Notes under the pieces: generated by a model
Told to the model about the DNA's origin: nothing
The model's database searches: none
Seen by the model: the letters and a program-made list of their open reading frames with translations, nothing else
Made by a program: the position numbers and the translations under genes
In this document: piece after piece, positions 46,805 through 56,249 of the stretch
Layout: each line of letters starts with the position of its first letter
Position numbering within the stretch: position 1 is the stretch's first letter
NCBI GenBank assembly: GCA_000092065.1
Contig: CP000589.1
DNA length: 64,000 nucleotides
Source of the DNA: Ostreococcus lucimarinus
Taxonomy: Eukaryota
Strand: one strand, 5' to 3'

Positions 46805-49800
46805 ATGGCGCGCGCGCGTTCGACGAAACGGCGTCGCCGCACACCGACGCGCGCGCGCGGCGTCGCGCGCATGGAGCGCTCGAGCGCGCCGTCGCGCGCC
46901 GTCGCGTCGACGCGCGCGCGCTCGCGCGCGTCGAGCGCGTCGAGCGACGTCGACGCGTCGCGCGCGGTGTCGAACGCGCTCGCGCGTTTGAAAACGCTCG
47001 CGACGACGACGACGGCGCGGGAATCGCGCGCGCGCGGCGCGGACGTCGCGCGCGCGATCGTGGACGCGTTCGAGGCGCTGGCGCGCGCGGAGGCGCGCGG
47101 AGGACGACGGGCGGAGGGAGACGCGGTGGAGGCGGCGCGACGCGCGGCGCTCGGACGCGCGGCGGACGACGACGAGGGGAGGGAATCGGACGGCGAAAGC
47201 GAGCGCGACGCGCGCGCGGTGGACGCGCTGTATGGATTGCGGCGGGCGGTGCACGCGGAGGGGTGTTCGGGGGACGTGCGGGTGAATTGCGCGCGCGTGG
47301 TGGAGGCGTTCGCGCGCGAGCCGGCGTCGACGACGACGGAGGCTCGGTGGCGCGCGCTCGTGGATTGCGTGCCGAACACGCCGAGGTCGGGACGCGAGAT
47401 CGTGGCGATGGCGTCGCCGAACGCGCGCGTGGGCGTCGGATCGCGGGATTGGGCGTTGAGCGTCGGCGCGGCGTTGGCGACGGCGGCTCGATGGAACGAC
47501 GTCGCGGCGACGGAATTGTTTGAACTCATCGACGATAAGATTCAGGGAGGCGCGGGCGAGCGCGTGGTTGGGTTGACGCTGCTTCACGCCGCGCTCGCCG
47601 TCGATGGTTTAGTCGCGAGCGATGATTTAGTCGTCGCCGTGCACAAGGCGTTGACGGCGGTGAGCGGCGCGCCGGTGGAGAATGGATTCGCGTGCGCGAG
47701 CGTCGGCATGCGTTGCGTGTGCGCGGCGGCGAGGAACCTTTCCATGGGCGACGTCAGGACGTTACGAAGCGCGTGGCTCGAGCCGAGACTGCGTGCTCAA
47801 GGATTTACCTGGCACAGCGCGCAAAGCGACGAGTCGCGCGCGACGCTTTCGCTCATTGAATATTTAAAAATCCCGCGAGACGAGCGGCTCGGCGCGACGG
47901 CGATGTCGGCGTTTTTGATAGCTGATTTGGATCTCGTCGGTTACGTCGACGCCGAGGAGTTCAAACGCAAAGTCGTGCACGGGTCGGTCGATCTGGATAG
48001 TCCGGCGTTTCGCGCGCTCGCGGCGAGCGAACGCGCCGTCGGACGAACCGTCGCGGCGGCAATCATCGCCACGCAAATGAATCTCATTCACACGCTTTAC
48101 GTCGCACCTGGTCAAGAAGATGACGCGGACGAGTTACGGATGAAAGTAGCTACTGAGGGTGGAAGGATTCTGTGCGGTAAAGCTCTCGATTTACTTCGAC
48201 TGGAGCGCGCGAATACGGCGAGTTTGACAGAGAACGCGCAGATGAAGGTTGAGGAGCTGACCACGGATGCTCAACCGAGCACGTTCTTCGGGGTTTTGAG
48301 CTACGCACTGACGACGAACGTGATCGATATCGATGAAAATGAGCGCGCAAAGCTCGTTTCGTGGTGCTGCGACAAATTGAGTGAAAAATTCGTCACCGCG
48401 ACGGATGCTTCGATGCGCGCGATGATCACCTCTGGCTGCTTGAGCGCTCTCTTACGCCTCGCCGAGACATCGGAGAACGCAGCGATGGCGGACGCATGTA
48501 TGCAGTGCGTTTCGGTGCTCATCGATCTGATATTGGTACCTAGCACACTGTACGACTTTGTCGAAATCATAGCCTTCAAAACACCGTCGTTGGATTTACT
48601 CGGCGTTGAGAGCAAGTCAGAGGACGACAAACGAGCGACTTACGTGGTGGCGGCGCTGAATTGGTCGGTGTCTCGTATTCGAGCCTCATCGACGGTTGCA
48701 CAAGCCGACAAATCACTCAACTTATTCAGAAGATTATTTGTCTTGCTCCCGGAAACGGAGCACACGACTTGGTTGGAATATTTCACTGACGCGTACGCGA
48801 GCGCCGCGTTGTGGGCGGGCTGCGTCGAAAAAGAAGTCGCGGTGGATACTGACCGCGTGCTCGCAGATGACGCGGCGCGCAAGTGTGTAGAGTCGTTCGA
48901 AGCTGATATCTCACGCGAGACATCGAAAAAGACGCCAGAGTGGTTGGGAAATCTTCAAACGCGCGCGAGATGGTTGAATGAAGCGTTTGCTGCGCTCGGC
49001 GAAGACGCCTACCTTAGAGCACACTTCACCGCAGACCTCGCCGCAATCGTGTCAAAGTCTGTGGATGTCGGACTCCAAGGTTCGACCGACCCGAAAGTCA
49101 ATGCATCGTACTGGCCATATGAAAGCAAGCGTCCACTCATCGTCCCTCGCGCGCCGCTGGGACCGGGTGGTATTTTGGCGACGTCGGCTGCGACGTTTGA
49201 TCTCATCGCCAAGCAGCTTGAATCGCAATTTCTCGCGATCGAGACGAGTTTGCAGAAATCACTGATGGAACACACTGGTCTAATTCACATGATGACCACG
49301 GTAACATCAGCCGTCGCCGCCGCTGGCGTCGCCATCAAGACACCGGGCGGCGCGAGCGCGGGGCGCGTCGCCGCCGCCGCCGCGCGAGCGCTCGTCCTAG
49401 TGGCGCAATCCATCACGCATCTGCACGTCACTGTTAACTGCAGTGAGATGCAATTGAGAAACGAAGAACGGGAGCTCCTGTTGCTCACCAAACAGTTACT
49501 CGAAGCGTCCAACGTTATGGAGCAAAGGAAGACGCTTGAAGCCGCGCCGGGGGTGCATCGCCGTCGCTACGCCGCGGCCCGCGCGGCGTTGGCTCGCGCC
49601 CTCAGTCTCACCGATGCCTCCTCCGAAGACATCAAATTCGAGCTCAACAAAATTCGCAAGCGTCGACACTCAAAGCGCTGGACGGAAAAGCACCAGCGTC
49701 CACCGACCGCGCCGCGTCCCGCCTCCGCCGTCAACTTCACCGCTCGCGAAGCCGAGCCCGACGACTTCGTCGACGAGGACGGCGTCTCCATACTCGAAGC

Positions 49801-49894
49801 CTTCGAGCCGAGCACGGACGAGGAATCCGACAGCGGCGATAACGACGACGACGCCTTCGTCGTGCGCGGGATGCAGGACTTCGACGAACCATAG
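46805..49894 (+). CDS. large uncharacterised protein (1029 aa, acidic C-terminus)
   Basis: Continuous 3.1-kb ORF with complex composition after about 150 low-complexity codons. Divergent from the upstream minus-strand gene (117-bp gap). Confidence 0.45.
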   Translation: MARARSTKRRRRTPTRARGVARMERSSAPSRAVASTRARSRASSASSDVDASRAVSNALARLKTLATTTTARESRARGADVARAIVDAFEALARAEARGGRRAEGDAVEAARRAALGRAADDDEGRESDGESERDARAVDALYGLRRAVHAEGCSGDVRVNCARVVEAFAREPASTTTEARWRALVDCVPNTPRSGREIVAMASPNARVGVGSRDWALSVGAALATAARWNDVAATELFELIDDKIQGGAGERVVGLTLLHAALAVDGLVASDDLVVAVHKALTAVSGAPVENGFACASVGMRCVCAAARNLSMGDVRTLRSAWLEPRLRAQGFTWHSAQSDESRATLSLIEYLKIPRDERLGATAMSAFLIADLDLVGYVDAEEFKRKVVHGSVDLDSPAFRALAASERAVGRTVAAAIIATQMNLIHTLYVAPGQEDDADELRMKVATEGGRILCGKALDLLRLERANTASLTENAQMKVEELTTDAQPSTFFGVLSYALTTNVIDIDENERAKLVSWCCDKLSEKFVTATDASMRAMITSGCLSALLRLAETSENAAMADACMQCVSVLIDLILVPSTLYDFVEIIAFKTPSLDLLGVESKSEDDKRATYVVAALNWSVSRIRASSTVAQADKSLNLFRRLFVLLPETEHTTWLEYFTDAYASAALWAGCVEKEVAVDTDRVLADDAARKCVESFEADISRETSKKTPEWLGNLQTRARWLNEAFAALGEDAYLRAHFTADLAAIVSKSVDVGLQGSTDPKVNASYWPYESKRPLIVPRAPLGPGGILATSAATFDLIAKQLESQFLAIETSLQKSLMEHTGLIHMMTTVTSAVAAAGVAIKTPGGASAGRVAAAAARALVLVAQSITHLHVTVNCSEMQLRNEERELLLLTKQLLEASNVMEQRKTLEAAPGVHRRRYAAARAALARALSLTDASSEDIKFELNKIRKRRHSKRWTEKHQRPPTAPRPASAVNFTAREAEPDDFVDEDGVSILEAFEPSTDEESDSGDNDDDAFVVRGMQDFDEP

Positions 49895-49959
49895 CTTAAA
49901 TTGTATTATACGCCCGCGCGTCCCGACCGACGCCCCTCCGCCTCGCCTCACAACCGCCC

Positions 49960-50922
49960 ATGCCCTTCACCTCCCCGCCCCTCCAGCGCGCCTTCGCCGC
50001 CGTCGTGTACGTCAGCGAGGGTCGTCGCACCGCCGTCCTCGACGTCATCGAGCGCGTCGCGCGCGAGGCGACCGCGCCTCGTCGTCCCGTCGCGCTGGTG
50101 AACGTCTTCAGGGACGCCGAGTACAACAGGACTGGGTTCACCCTCGCCGGCCGCGACGTCGATGACGTCCGACGAGCCGCGCTCGACGTCGCCCAGGTGT
50201 CTCTGCGCGAGGTGGACATGCGCGCGCACGACGCCACGCACCCGAGAGTGGGCGTGGTGGACCACGTGAGTTGTCACGCGTTGGCGGGCGAACGCGCCGG
50301 CGCGGCGAAACTCGCGAAATCCATCGGTGAAGGCTTGGGAACGCTGGGCGTGCCGGTAAAATTATACGGAGACGCGGCGAGCGATGGGATCGGGCTGGAT
50401 GAGATTCGGCGACGGAGTGGGTACTTTAGCGGCGCCGCGGGCGGGCGGTGGACGGGGGAGTTCGCCGTCGAGCGCGGGTTCGCGTTCGATTACGGCCCGA
50501 GCGACGTGCCCGAGCGCGAGGGGTTCGGCATGGTGGGCGCGGTGCCTTGGGTGTGTAACTATAACGTCCCTCTGGCGTTCACGTTCGCGGATGAGGGTTT
50601 GGATGCGGAGACGAGGATGACGCGCGCGATGGCGTTTGGACGCGCCGTGGCCAAGCGCGTATCGGCGCGCGGCGGCGGTCTACCCTCGGTGCAATCCATG
50701 GCGTTGCCACACGGCGGAAAAGTCGAGGTGGCGTGTAATTTATTAGACGTCGACGCGTCGTCCACGGCGGACGTGCAGCGCGCGACGGCGGCGGCGGTGG
50801 CGGAGACGGACGCGCTCAAAATTCTAGGCGCCGGCGCGTCGGCGATGGTGGAAGACGGTTACGTCACCAATCAAACCCCAGAGAGCATCATCCGCGCCAT
50901 CGATGCGATCGACGCGCGTTAG
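49960..50922 (+). CDS. formiminotransferase-domain protein (glutamate formimidoyltransferase-like)
   Basis: AVVYVSEGRRTAVLDVIE...LVNVFRDAEYNRTGFTLAG...LREVDMRAHDATHPRVGVVDHVSCHAL follows the FTCD N-terminal pattern (ECVPNFSEGR...D..YNRT..T..G...+DM..H.G.HPR.GA.DV.PF.P). Confidence 0.55.
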   Translation: MPFTSPPLQRAFAAVVYVSEGRRTAVLDVIERVAREATAPRRPVALVNVFRDAEYNRTGFTLAGRDVDDVRRAALDVAQVSLREVDMRAHDATHPRVGVVDHVSCHALAGERAGAAKLAKSIGEGLGTLGVPVKLYGDAASDGIGLDEIRRRSGYFSGAAGGRWTGEFAVERGFAFDYGPSDVPEREGFGMVGAVPWVCNYNVPLAFTFADEGLDAETRMTRAMAFGRAVAKRVSARGGGLPSVQSMALPHGGKVEVACNLLDVDASSTADVQRATAAAVAETDALKILGAGASAMVEDGYVTNQTPESIIRAIDAIDAR

Positions 50923-51040
50923 TTCGCCCCGCGTTCGCTTTAATGCATTCATCTCATTCGCGCGACGCTTCGGCGCGTTCCATCGGCGCGCGCGTCTCGG
51001 ACGCCTCGACTCGTCCTCACACCTCGACGCGCCGGTCGAC

Positions 51041-52039
51041 ATGCCCGACGCCGAATTGGACGATCGCGACTGCCTCACGCGCTTCGCCGCGCACCACCGC
51101 GACGTGTTCAACAAGGAGATTTTGTCCAAGATGAAGACGCCGCGTCGCGCGTGCCCGTGCGGGCGCGCGAACGAAGTGCCCAGTTGCAGAATTCACTACG
51201 CCGTTTTGCGGTGCGTGAACCGCACGTTCAGGAAGTTGCTGCCGCCGTACGAGGAGGTGATGGCGAAGAAGAACGAACTGCTCGTGTGGGATCGCGTCAC
51301 GGGTAGACCAGGGGTTTCGAAAAGCGAATTACAACGTTACGTCTGCATGCACGCCGCGCCGAAATTGATGGAAAAGACGATTCGCGCGCGCGACGAGGCG
51401 GGCGACAGGCTGTGGTGGGCGGTGAAAGAAACACTCGATGATATGGCCGCAGGTCGAGATAACCCTAAGTATGAGTGCGAGGTGTGCGGGAAGTTCGTAT
51501 GCGTCTTCTGTGGCGCGGCTTGTGCGTGTCCAGAATGCAACGACGTGCGAACGTGCCGAGAATGTGCCGAGACGTATGAAAACTTTACGTTCTGCAAGTC
51601 TTGCAAAATCGCGTACTGCAACGATGGCGATGAGTACGACGATGAAAGTAATTGTGACAAAGACATAGTATACTGCTCAGAATGCGATAGATTCCGTTGC
51701 TCGGACGATTGTCAGAACGACCTGATGTTCTGCGAAATATGTTCCGACGCGGACCCATTTTGCTTGGACTGCACATGGCGCCATCATGTCAATTGTGACG
51801 GGTGCGGTGGACATCTCATGTGTGAAGGACACAACGAGGTCGATGAATATCTAACATACGTGGGCGACGACGACGATCAACCAGAAGGGTACTGGTATCT
51901 GTGCGATAGTTGTCTGAATCCACGCCCGTGGAAGCCGCCGATCGAGAAACCTCCACGAAAGGCGCCGATCAAGAAACCGAGAAGCCCAAGCGTTTCGCCT
52001 CGCATGTCGTTCTCAAGCTGCACGGACGACATCGACTGA
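51041..52039 (+). CDS. Cys-rich (probably zinc-binding) hypothetical protein
   Basis: Dense CxxC spacing: CEVCGKFVCVFCGAACACPECNDVRTCRECAE...FCKSCKIAYC...YCSECDRFRCSDDCQ...FCEICSDADPFCLDCTWRHHVNCDGCGGH. Basic/Pro-rich tail. ATG at 51041 preferred over the ORF start at 50903. Confidence 0.35.
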   Translation: MPDAELDDRDCLTRFAAHHRDVFNKEILSKMKTPRRACPCGRANEVPSCRIHYAVLRCVNRTFRKLLPPYEEVMAKKNELLVWDRVTGRPGVSKSELQRYVCMHAAPKLMEKTIRARDEAGDRLWWAVKETLDDMAAGRDNPKYECEVCGKFVCVFCGAACACPECNDVRTCRECAETYENFTFCKSCKIAYCNDGDEYDDESNCDKDIVYCSECDRFRCSDDCQNDLMFCEICSDADPFCLDCTWRHHVNCDGCGGHLMCEGHNEVDEYLTYVGDDDDQPEGYWYLCDSCLNPRPWKPPIEKPPRKAPIKKPRSPSVSPRMSFSSCTDDID

Positions 52040-52089
52040 AGGTGAATATGGAACTATCATCACGATTCAACGACGTAGCATTACAATTT

Positions 52090-52824
52090 TCATTGAAAGC
52101 ATTCGACTAACTCGCAACCGAGGATTTGCCACCCGAGCGACTCTCGAATCCTACGCAACCGCTTACTCTGCTCGCCCAAATCGCTCACGGGCGTCATGAA
52201 AGGATAGACATACTTCACATCCATCGCGAACGAGCGATACAACACCAACGGCCCATTGCCTTCGTCGCCACTCCAGTTTCTATCGCTCACCGGCTCGTTC
52301 TTCACCCAAAATTCGACGACGTCGTCGCCGAGTTTGCCCGGCACGGAAAATCCAACGAACGAGCCCTCCGCCCGATCCTCTCGCATAATTAATTTAGAGT
52401 TCTCCACCGATTCCAACGTCGCGTCCACGAGCGCGTTCGCGGCGTCCTTCGCGTCGCGAAACGTATTCGGCGCCGTCCAAGGCGACGCGTACTTGTCGCT
52501 CTCGCGCGACGACGTGCTCACGCAGTTGTGTTCGCGCGGACAGCCACGCACGCGCCCCGGAGGCTGTAAACCGAGCTCAAGCTCGCCCTCGGGCTCCATG
52601 ATCGTGCGCGCGTTCGTTTGCGCGCGCGCTGTGGGCGCGAACGCCGTCGCGACGAGCGCAGCGCTGGAAAACAAGATGGATCTTCTGTCGCGACGTGCGA
52701 GCGTCGATGGCGTCGACGCCGACGATGTGACCGGCGATGTGACGGACGACGAAGCGCGCGTCGAGTTTTGTATCGCGCGTAGTGCGCGGTCGCATCCGGG
52801 GACGGTCGCGAGTTGGGCGCGCAT
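52090..52824 (-). CDS. DUF1499-family protein with twin-arginine (Tat) signal; probably thylakoid-lumen targeted
   Basis: ARRDRRSILFSSAALVATAFAPTARAQ (RR motif, hydrophobic core, AxA cleavage site). Then GCPREHNCVSTSS...SPW...FVGFSVPGKLGDDVVEFWV...LVLYRSFAMDVKYVYPF resembles DUF1499. Confidence 0.5.
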   Translation of the reverse strand: MRAQLATVPGCDRALRAIQNSTRASSSVTSPVTSSASTPSTLARRDRRSILFSSAALVATAFAPTARAQTNARTIMEPEGELELGLQPPGRVRGCPREHNCVSTSSRESDKYASPWTAPNTFRDAKDAANALVDATLESVENSKLIMREDRAEGSFVGFSVPGKLGDDVVEFWVKNEPVSDRNWSGDEGNGPLVLYRSFAMDVKYVYPFMTPVSDLGEQSKRLRRIRESLGWQILGCELVECFQ

Positions 52825-52893
52825 GGCGAGTGTCGCTGTGAGGGGTGGCGGCGAATTTGTTTCTTACACTGTACAGTACACTGTTTCATCGCT

Positions 52894-55800
52894 TCATTCG
52901 TTGTCGCGGGGATCCACGAGCTCGTACGATGCGTCCGCCTCTTCGTTGAGCATGCGATCGATTTCATCGAGACGCTCGGCGAGCGTTTCGTCTCCATCTT
53001 CGTCGCCCATCGGCGCCGACGGTTTTCCATCGAAATCGCATCCAGTATACGAGTCATTCAACCGGCAGTAATCGATGAGACTCCTCCAGTGCACGTCGTG
53101 GCTCAAGATGTGAGGATTACCCACGATGATCAAGAGTGACATTGCGCGCGTCACGGCAACGTTGAATCGCTTTGGATTCGCCATGAAACCGAGGCGATGG
53201 CGAGCGTCAAACTTCAAATGGGCAGTGTCGCTGCGAACGGTTGATAAGATGACTACGCTAAACTCTTGTCCTTGCAAGAGTTCAGTCGAACCCACGGTGA
53301 CTCCAGAAATCTTTTTCGCTTCGAGGTGTTTCATCATCTTCAGTTTTTGCTTGTGATACGGTGTACAGATGGCGATGTCTTTGGCTGTCAAACCCGTGTT
53401 CTTTCGGTCCAAAATTTTCGTGATCCACGAGCTCACTCGAAGTATCTCGTCGGGATTAAACCAAGATGGCGAATTCGCCTCTCGGAGTTCTTCGCCCATG
53501 ACACCGTCGAAAACGACTGGAAACGATGGATTCGGAAGCTCTTCCCATCCCTTGAAAATGTTCGTCCGCATGGGATCGGCGCAACATTCCAGCCTGTCAA
53601 AGTAGAATAACTTCGACGGAATTTCGATGATGCACGCGTGCGAGCGATAATTTTTCGTGAGCATGCACACTTTACTTGGCTCAAACGTACCGTCCGCGCG
53701 AACGCTATACGGAGTCTCAGTGTACGGCGCCGGAGGTAAGCACAGACGCTCGAGCATACTGACTTCCAAAGCTCTCGATTCCTTGGCTTGCACCAGCGGT
53801 CCCAGCTGTCGGGCGTCGCCGGCCAGAACCAGACGCCCTTTTTTTGGCTCTAATACGCTGACGATGGCGGTGAGAAGTTCGGGCTCCGATGCATGACCTG
53901 CTTCATCGATGATGACATTTTCAAAGCGACGCTCCGGCGATAAAATGAACACTTTCCTCGCTTTCCCTTTTCCGTACTCACCAGAGTCTCGAAACGTCCG
54001 CGTGAGTCTCTGCGCCGTAATCGGTGTCATGGCAACCACTCGAGCTCGCATGAATCTCTCAACAGTCGGCGGACAAAAAACGTTTGCAGTACTATCGTAG
54101 TTTGAGACGTCTAAGAGCTTCGATGGCACCTGATCGGGCATTCGAGAGAAATTGTAGACGCGATACGCTTCGCTCTTTGGAACGCCACCGTGCTCGATGA
54201 CGCGTGAGATGAACAAGTCACACGCCGCGTTACTTGGAGCCATCAACAAGACTCTTCCGCCAGTTTTATACATCTGCGCCGCTATCTCCACGACAGTAGT
54301 CGTCTTACCAGTACCAGGAGGTCCAAAAATGATGAATGGAGATTGTGAACGCGGCGCCATCGCGTTCGCAACTGCGAGCTTTTGTTCCTCGTTTAAGCGC
54401 CGATTCAACATTTTCAGATCTGATCTGCCAGTCGCGTCTACGTCGAGATCGTCGCCAAACTTTGGAAGCAAAAATGACTCATACGACGAAGATTTCAGAG
54501 AGTCTTTAATCGCGCCATGCATGAGTTCTATCGCGGTGCGCGACACTTCAAACGACACGTCAGCCTTGACCCCATTGATGTATGCTTTCGTGAAACCAGG
54601 ATGGAATCGGCACACGATGTGCTCAGCTTCCACGAATTCAACTTTCCCTCGAAATGAGCTTTTAGCCGTGGACAAATCGACGATGATCGAGTCGCCACGA
54701 AGCACCGATGGACGAGCTTCAGCGAGGCCTGGGACGAAAAGTCTATACATGGCTTTGGAATTGGTCTGCGAGAGCGCGACGTTGTGCATATCGTACAATC
54801 TCACGTTTTTGGTCGCCTGCACTTCTTCCATCATGAGCAGCTGACGAAAGAACTGAGCGTAATTCGTCTTCGAGAGATACTTTTGTCCGGTTTCTAGCAT
54901 TTCAGTAACAGAAGATGCCTGTGGTTCCTCGCCGTCGAGCGCTTTCCGAATGTCAGCCATGGGAACGGAAAGCGGAGCCGGCCAGAAGAACTTTGTCTTC
55001 GCGTTTAAAACCTCTTTCGAAGGGCCTGGATCGACGACTTTCTTCGACCCCTTCACCAAACTCGAATTTTTCTGCTGTTTCGGATACGCGAACGCGCTCG
55101 TCGGCCCGAGCGCGATTCGTTCCGCGCTCTCCTGCGCGCTTTCCCTCGCTCGAAGACGCAGCACGAGCACCGAGAGCGTAATCTCGCCCGACTCGACGTC
55201 GTCTTGATACGTTCGATACGAGAAGACGAGTGAAACGTCGTGCACCCCCGCCTTCAAATCCTTCGCCCAATCATCTCTCAAACACACGGCGTTCTCCACC
55301 TCCAGCATTCCTCCCTCCTTCACCTCTCCCTCGAACGTTTTCAGCGTCGGCTCCTCCAACACGCGATCGCCCAAATCGTCTCGGGCGAGCCCGAACGCGC
55401 CGAACAAAACCGTCACCTTCTCCCCCGCATCGATCGGCAATTTCAGCACCACCGACGCGCTTTTCAAATCCGACGCCGACGAGATCTTTCGCGGCACCAG
55501 CGTCTCCTTCGGCGTCGCCTCCGCGCCCGCCTCCGCGCTTCGTCGAAACGTCGCCGCTCGATGTTTCGCGCCGCGCTCGTGCTCCTCTCGTCCGCACGCC
55601 GGCACGTCCACGTCGCACACGTCGCATCGATACGCCCCTAACAGCGCGTCTCGCGCGTCTCTCGCGTTCGAGCGGTGCGCCCTCGTGCGCTCGTGCTCGA
55701 ACCGCGCGCGCGCGGGCATCGACGCATCGCACGCGACGCATCGCCAGGTCAACGAGTCGCGCGTCCGCAGCTTGGCGCGATGCCGCGCGCCGCGCTCGTG

Positions 55801-55938
55801 CGTCGGCATCAAGCGCGCGGGAACGTCGCAATCGCACACTTCGCATCGCGTCGGCGCGCGCGCGCCGTCGACGGGCATGACGCGCGCGCGCGGCGCGATG
55901 TGACGAGTCTCGGAGATCGACGCGACGAGGGGTGCCAT
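52894..55938 (-). CDS. SF1 RNA helicase of the MOV10/SDE3 (Armitage) type with three N-terminal C2H2-like zinc fingers
   Basis: FIIFGPPGTGKTTTVVEIAAQ (motif I), IIDEAGHASEPE (II), VLAGDARQLGP (III), YRSHACIIEIPSKLFY, ICTPYHKQ, TVGSTELLQGQEFSVVILSTVRS, FNVAVTRAMSLLIIVGNPHIL (VI). N-terminal CEVCDCDV..HERGARHRAKL, WRCVACDA..HERTRAHRSN, YRCDVCDVDV..HERGAKHRAA. The ORF's first codon is GTG; ATG at 55938 (MAPLVAS) used. Confidence 0.75.
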   Translation of the reverse strand: MAPLVASISETRHIAPRARVMPVDGARAPTRCEVCDCDVPARLMPTHERGARHRAKLRTRDSLTWRCVACDASMPARARFEHERTRAHRSNARDARDALLGAYRCDVCDVDVPACGREEHERGAKHRAATFRRSAEAGAEATPKETLVPRKISSASDLKSASVVLKLPIDAGEKVTVLFGAFGLARDDLGDRVLEEPTLKTFEGEVKEGGMLEVENAVCLRDDWAKDLKAGVHDVSLVFSYRTYQDDVESGEITLSVLVLRLRARESAQESAERIALGPTSAFAYPKQQKNSSLVKGSKKVVDPGPSKEVLNAKTKFFWPAPLSVPMADIRKALDGEEPQASSVTEMLETGQKYLSKTNYAQFFRQLLMMEEVQATKNVRLYDMHNVALSQTNSKAMYRLFVPGLAEARPSVLRGDSIIVDLSTAKSSFRGKVEFVEAEHIVCRFHPGFTKAYINGVKADVSFEVSRTAIELMHGAIKDSLKSSSYESFLLPKFGDDLDVDATGRSDLKMLNRRLNEEQKLAVANAMAPRSQSPFIIFGPPGTGKTTTVVEIAAQMYKTGGRVLLMAPSNAACDLFISRVIEHGGVPKSEAYRVYNFSRMPDQVPSKLLDVSNYDSTANVFCPPTVERFMRARVVAMTPITAQRLTRTFRDSGEYGKGKARKVFILSPERRFENVIIDEAGHASEPELLTAIVSVLEPKKGRLVLAGDARQLGPLVQAKESRALEVSMLERLCLPPAPYTETPYSVRADGTFEPSKVCMLTKNYRSHACIIEIPSKLFYFDRLECCADPMRTNIFKGWEELPNPSFPVVFDGVMGEELREANSPSWFNPDEILRVSSWITKILDRKNTGLTAKDIAICTPYHKQKLKMMKHLEAKKISGVTVGSTELLQGQEFSVVILSTVRSDTAHLKFDARHRLGFMANPKRFNVAVTRAMSLLIIVGNPHILSHDVHWRSLIDYCRLNDSYTGCDFDGKPSAPMGDEDGDETLAERLDEIDRMLNEEADASYELVDPRDNE

Positions 55939-56036
55939 GTTTTTTTGACGCGACGGGACTGGACGCGTCGACGCGACGAGGGGTGCCGTGGTTTTTCGAC
56001 GACGCGACGGGACTGGACGCGCGCGTCGAGACGAGC
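55922..56036. repeat. tandem duplication (two units of about 57 bp) spanning the predicted helicase start codon
   Basis: cgcgacgaggggtgccATGtttttttgacgcgacgggactggacg followed by cgcgacgaggggtgccGTGgtttttcgacgacgcgacgggactggacg. Confidence 0.7.
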
Positions 56037-56056
56037 GCGGGAGAGAAGAGAAAATT

Positions 56057-56176
56057 GCGTCGATCACACGAAGGAAGCGCGCGCGCGCCGGGTGCTCGAG
56101 ACGCGAGCGAAGCGACGCGCGCTCAACCGAGGGCGGTTAAACCGCTGGTGCCGAGCGTCTCGAGCTTTTCGAACGC
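56057..56176. repeat. dispersed duplicate, copy A (31 nt plus 62 nt with a 27-bp insertion at 56088..56114), of the 3' end of the peroxidase gene
   Basis: gcgtcgatcacacgaaggaagcgcgcgcgcg and acgcgcgctcaaccgagggcggttaaaccgctggtgccgagcgtctcgagcttttcgaacgc are identical to 59371..59463. Here they lie in the intergenic region between the 884-aa gene's stop and the helicase start. Confidence 0.8.
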
Positions 56177-56249
56177 TTTTCGAACGATGGTAGATTTCCC
56201 GGTACGAGCCAGACCCTTGACGTAAAACACGACGTCCCAACCGTCATGA

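Noticed and set aside
46199-47587. 462-aa minus-strand ORF and 244 to 248 aa ORFs around 46783..47529
   Set aside because: Extreme Arg-rich low complexity, antisense to the 1029-aa gene's 5' region. No domain signal.
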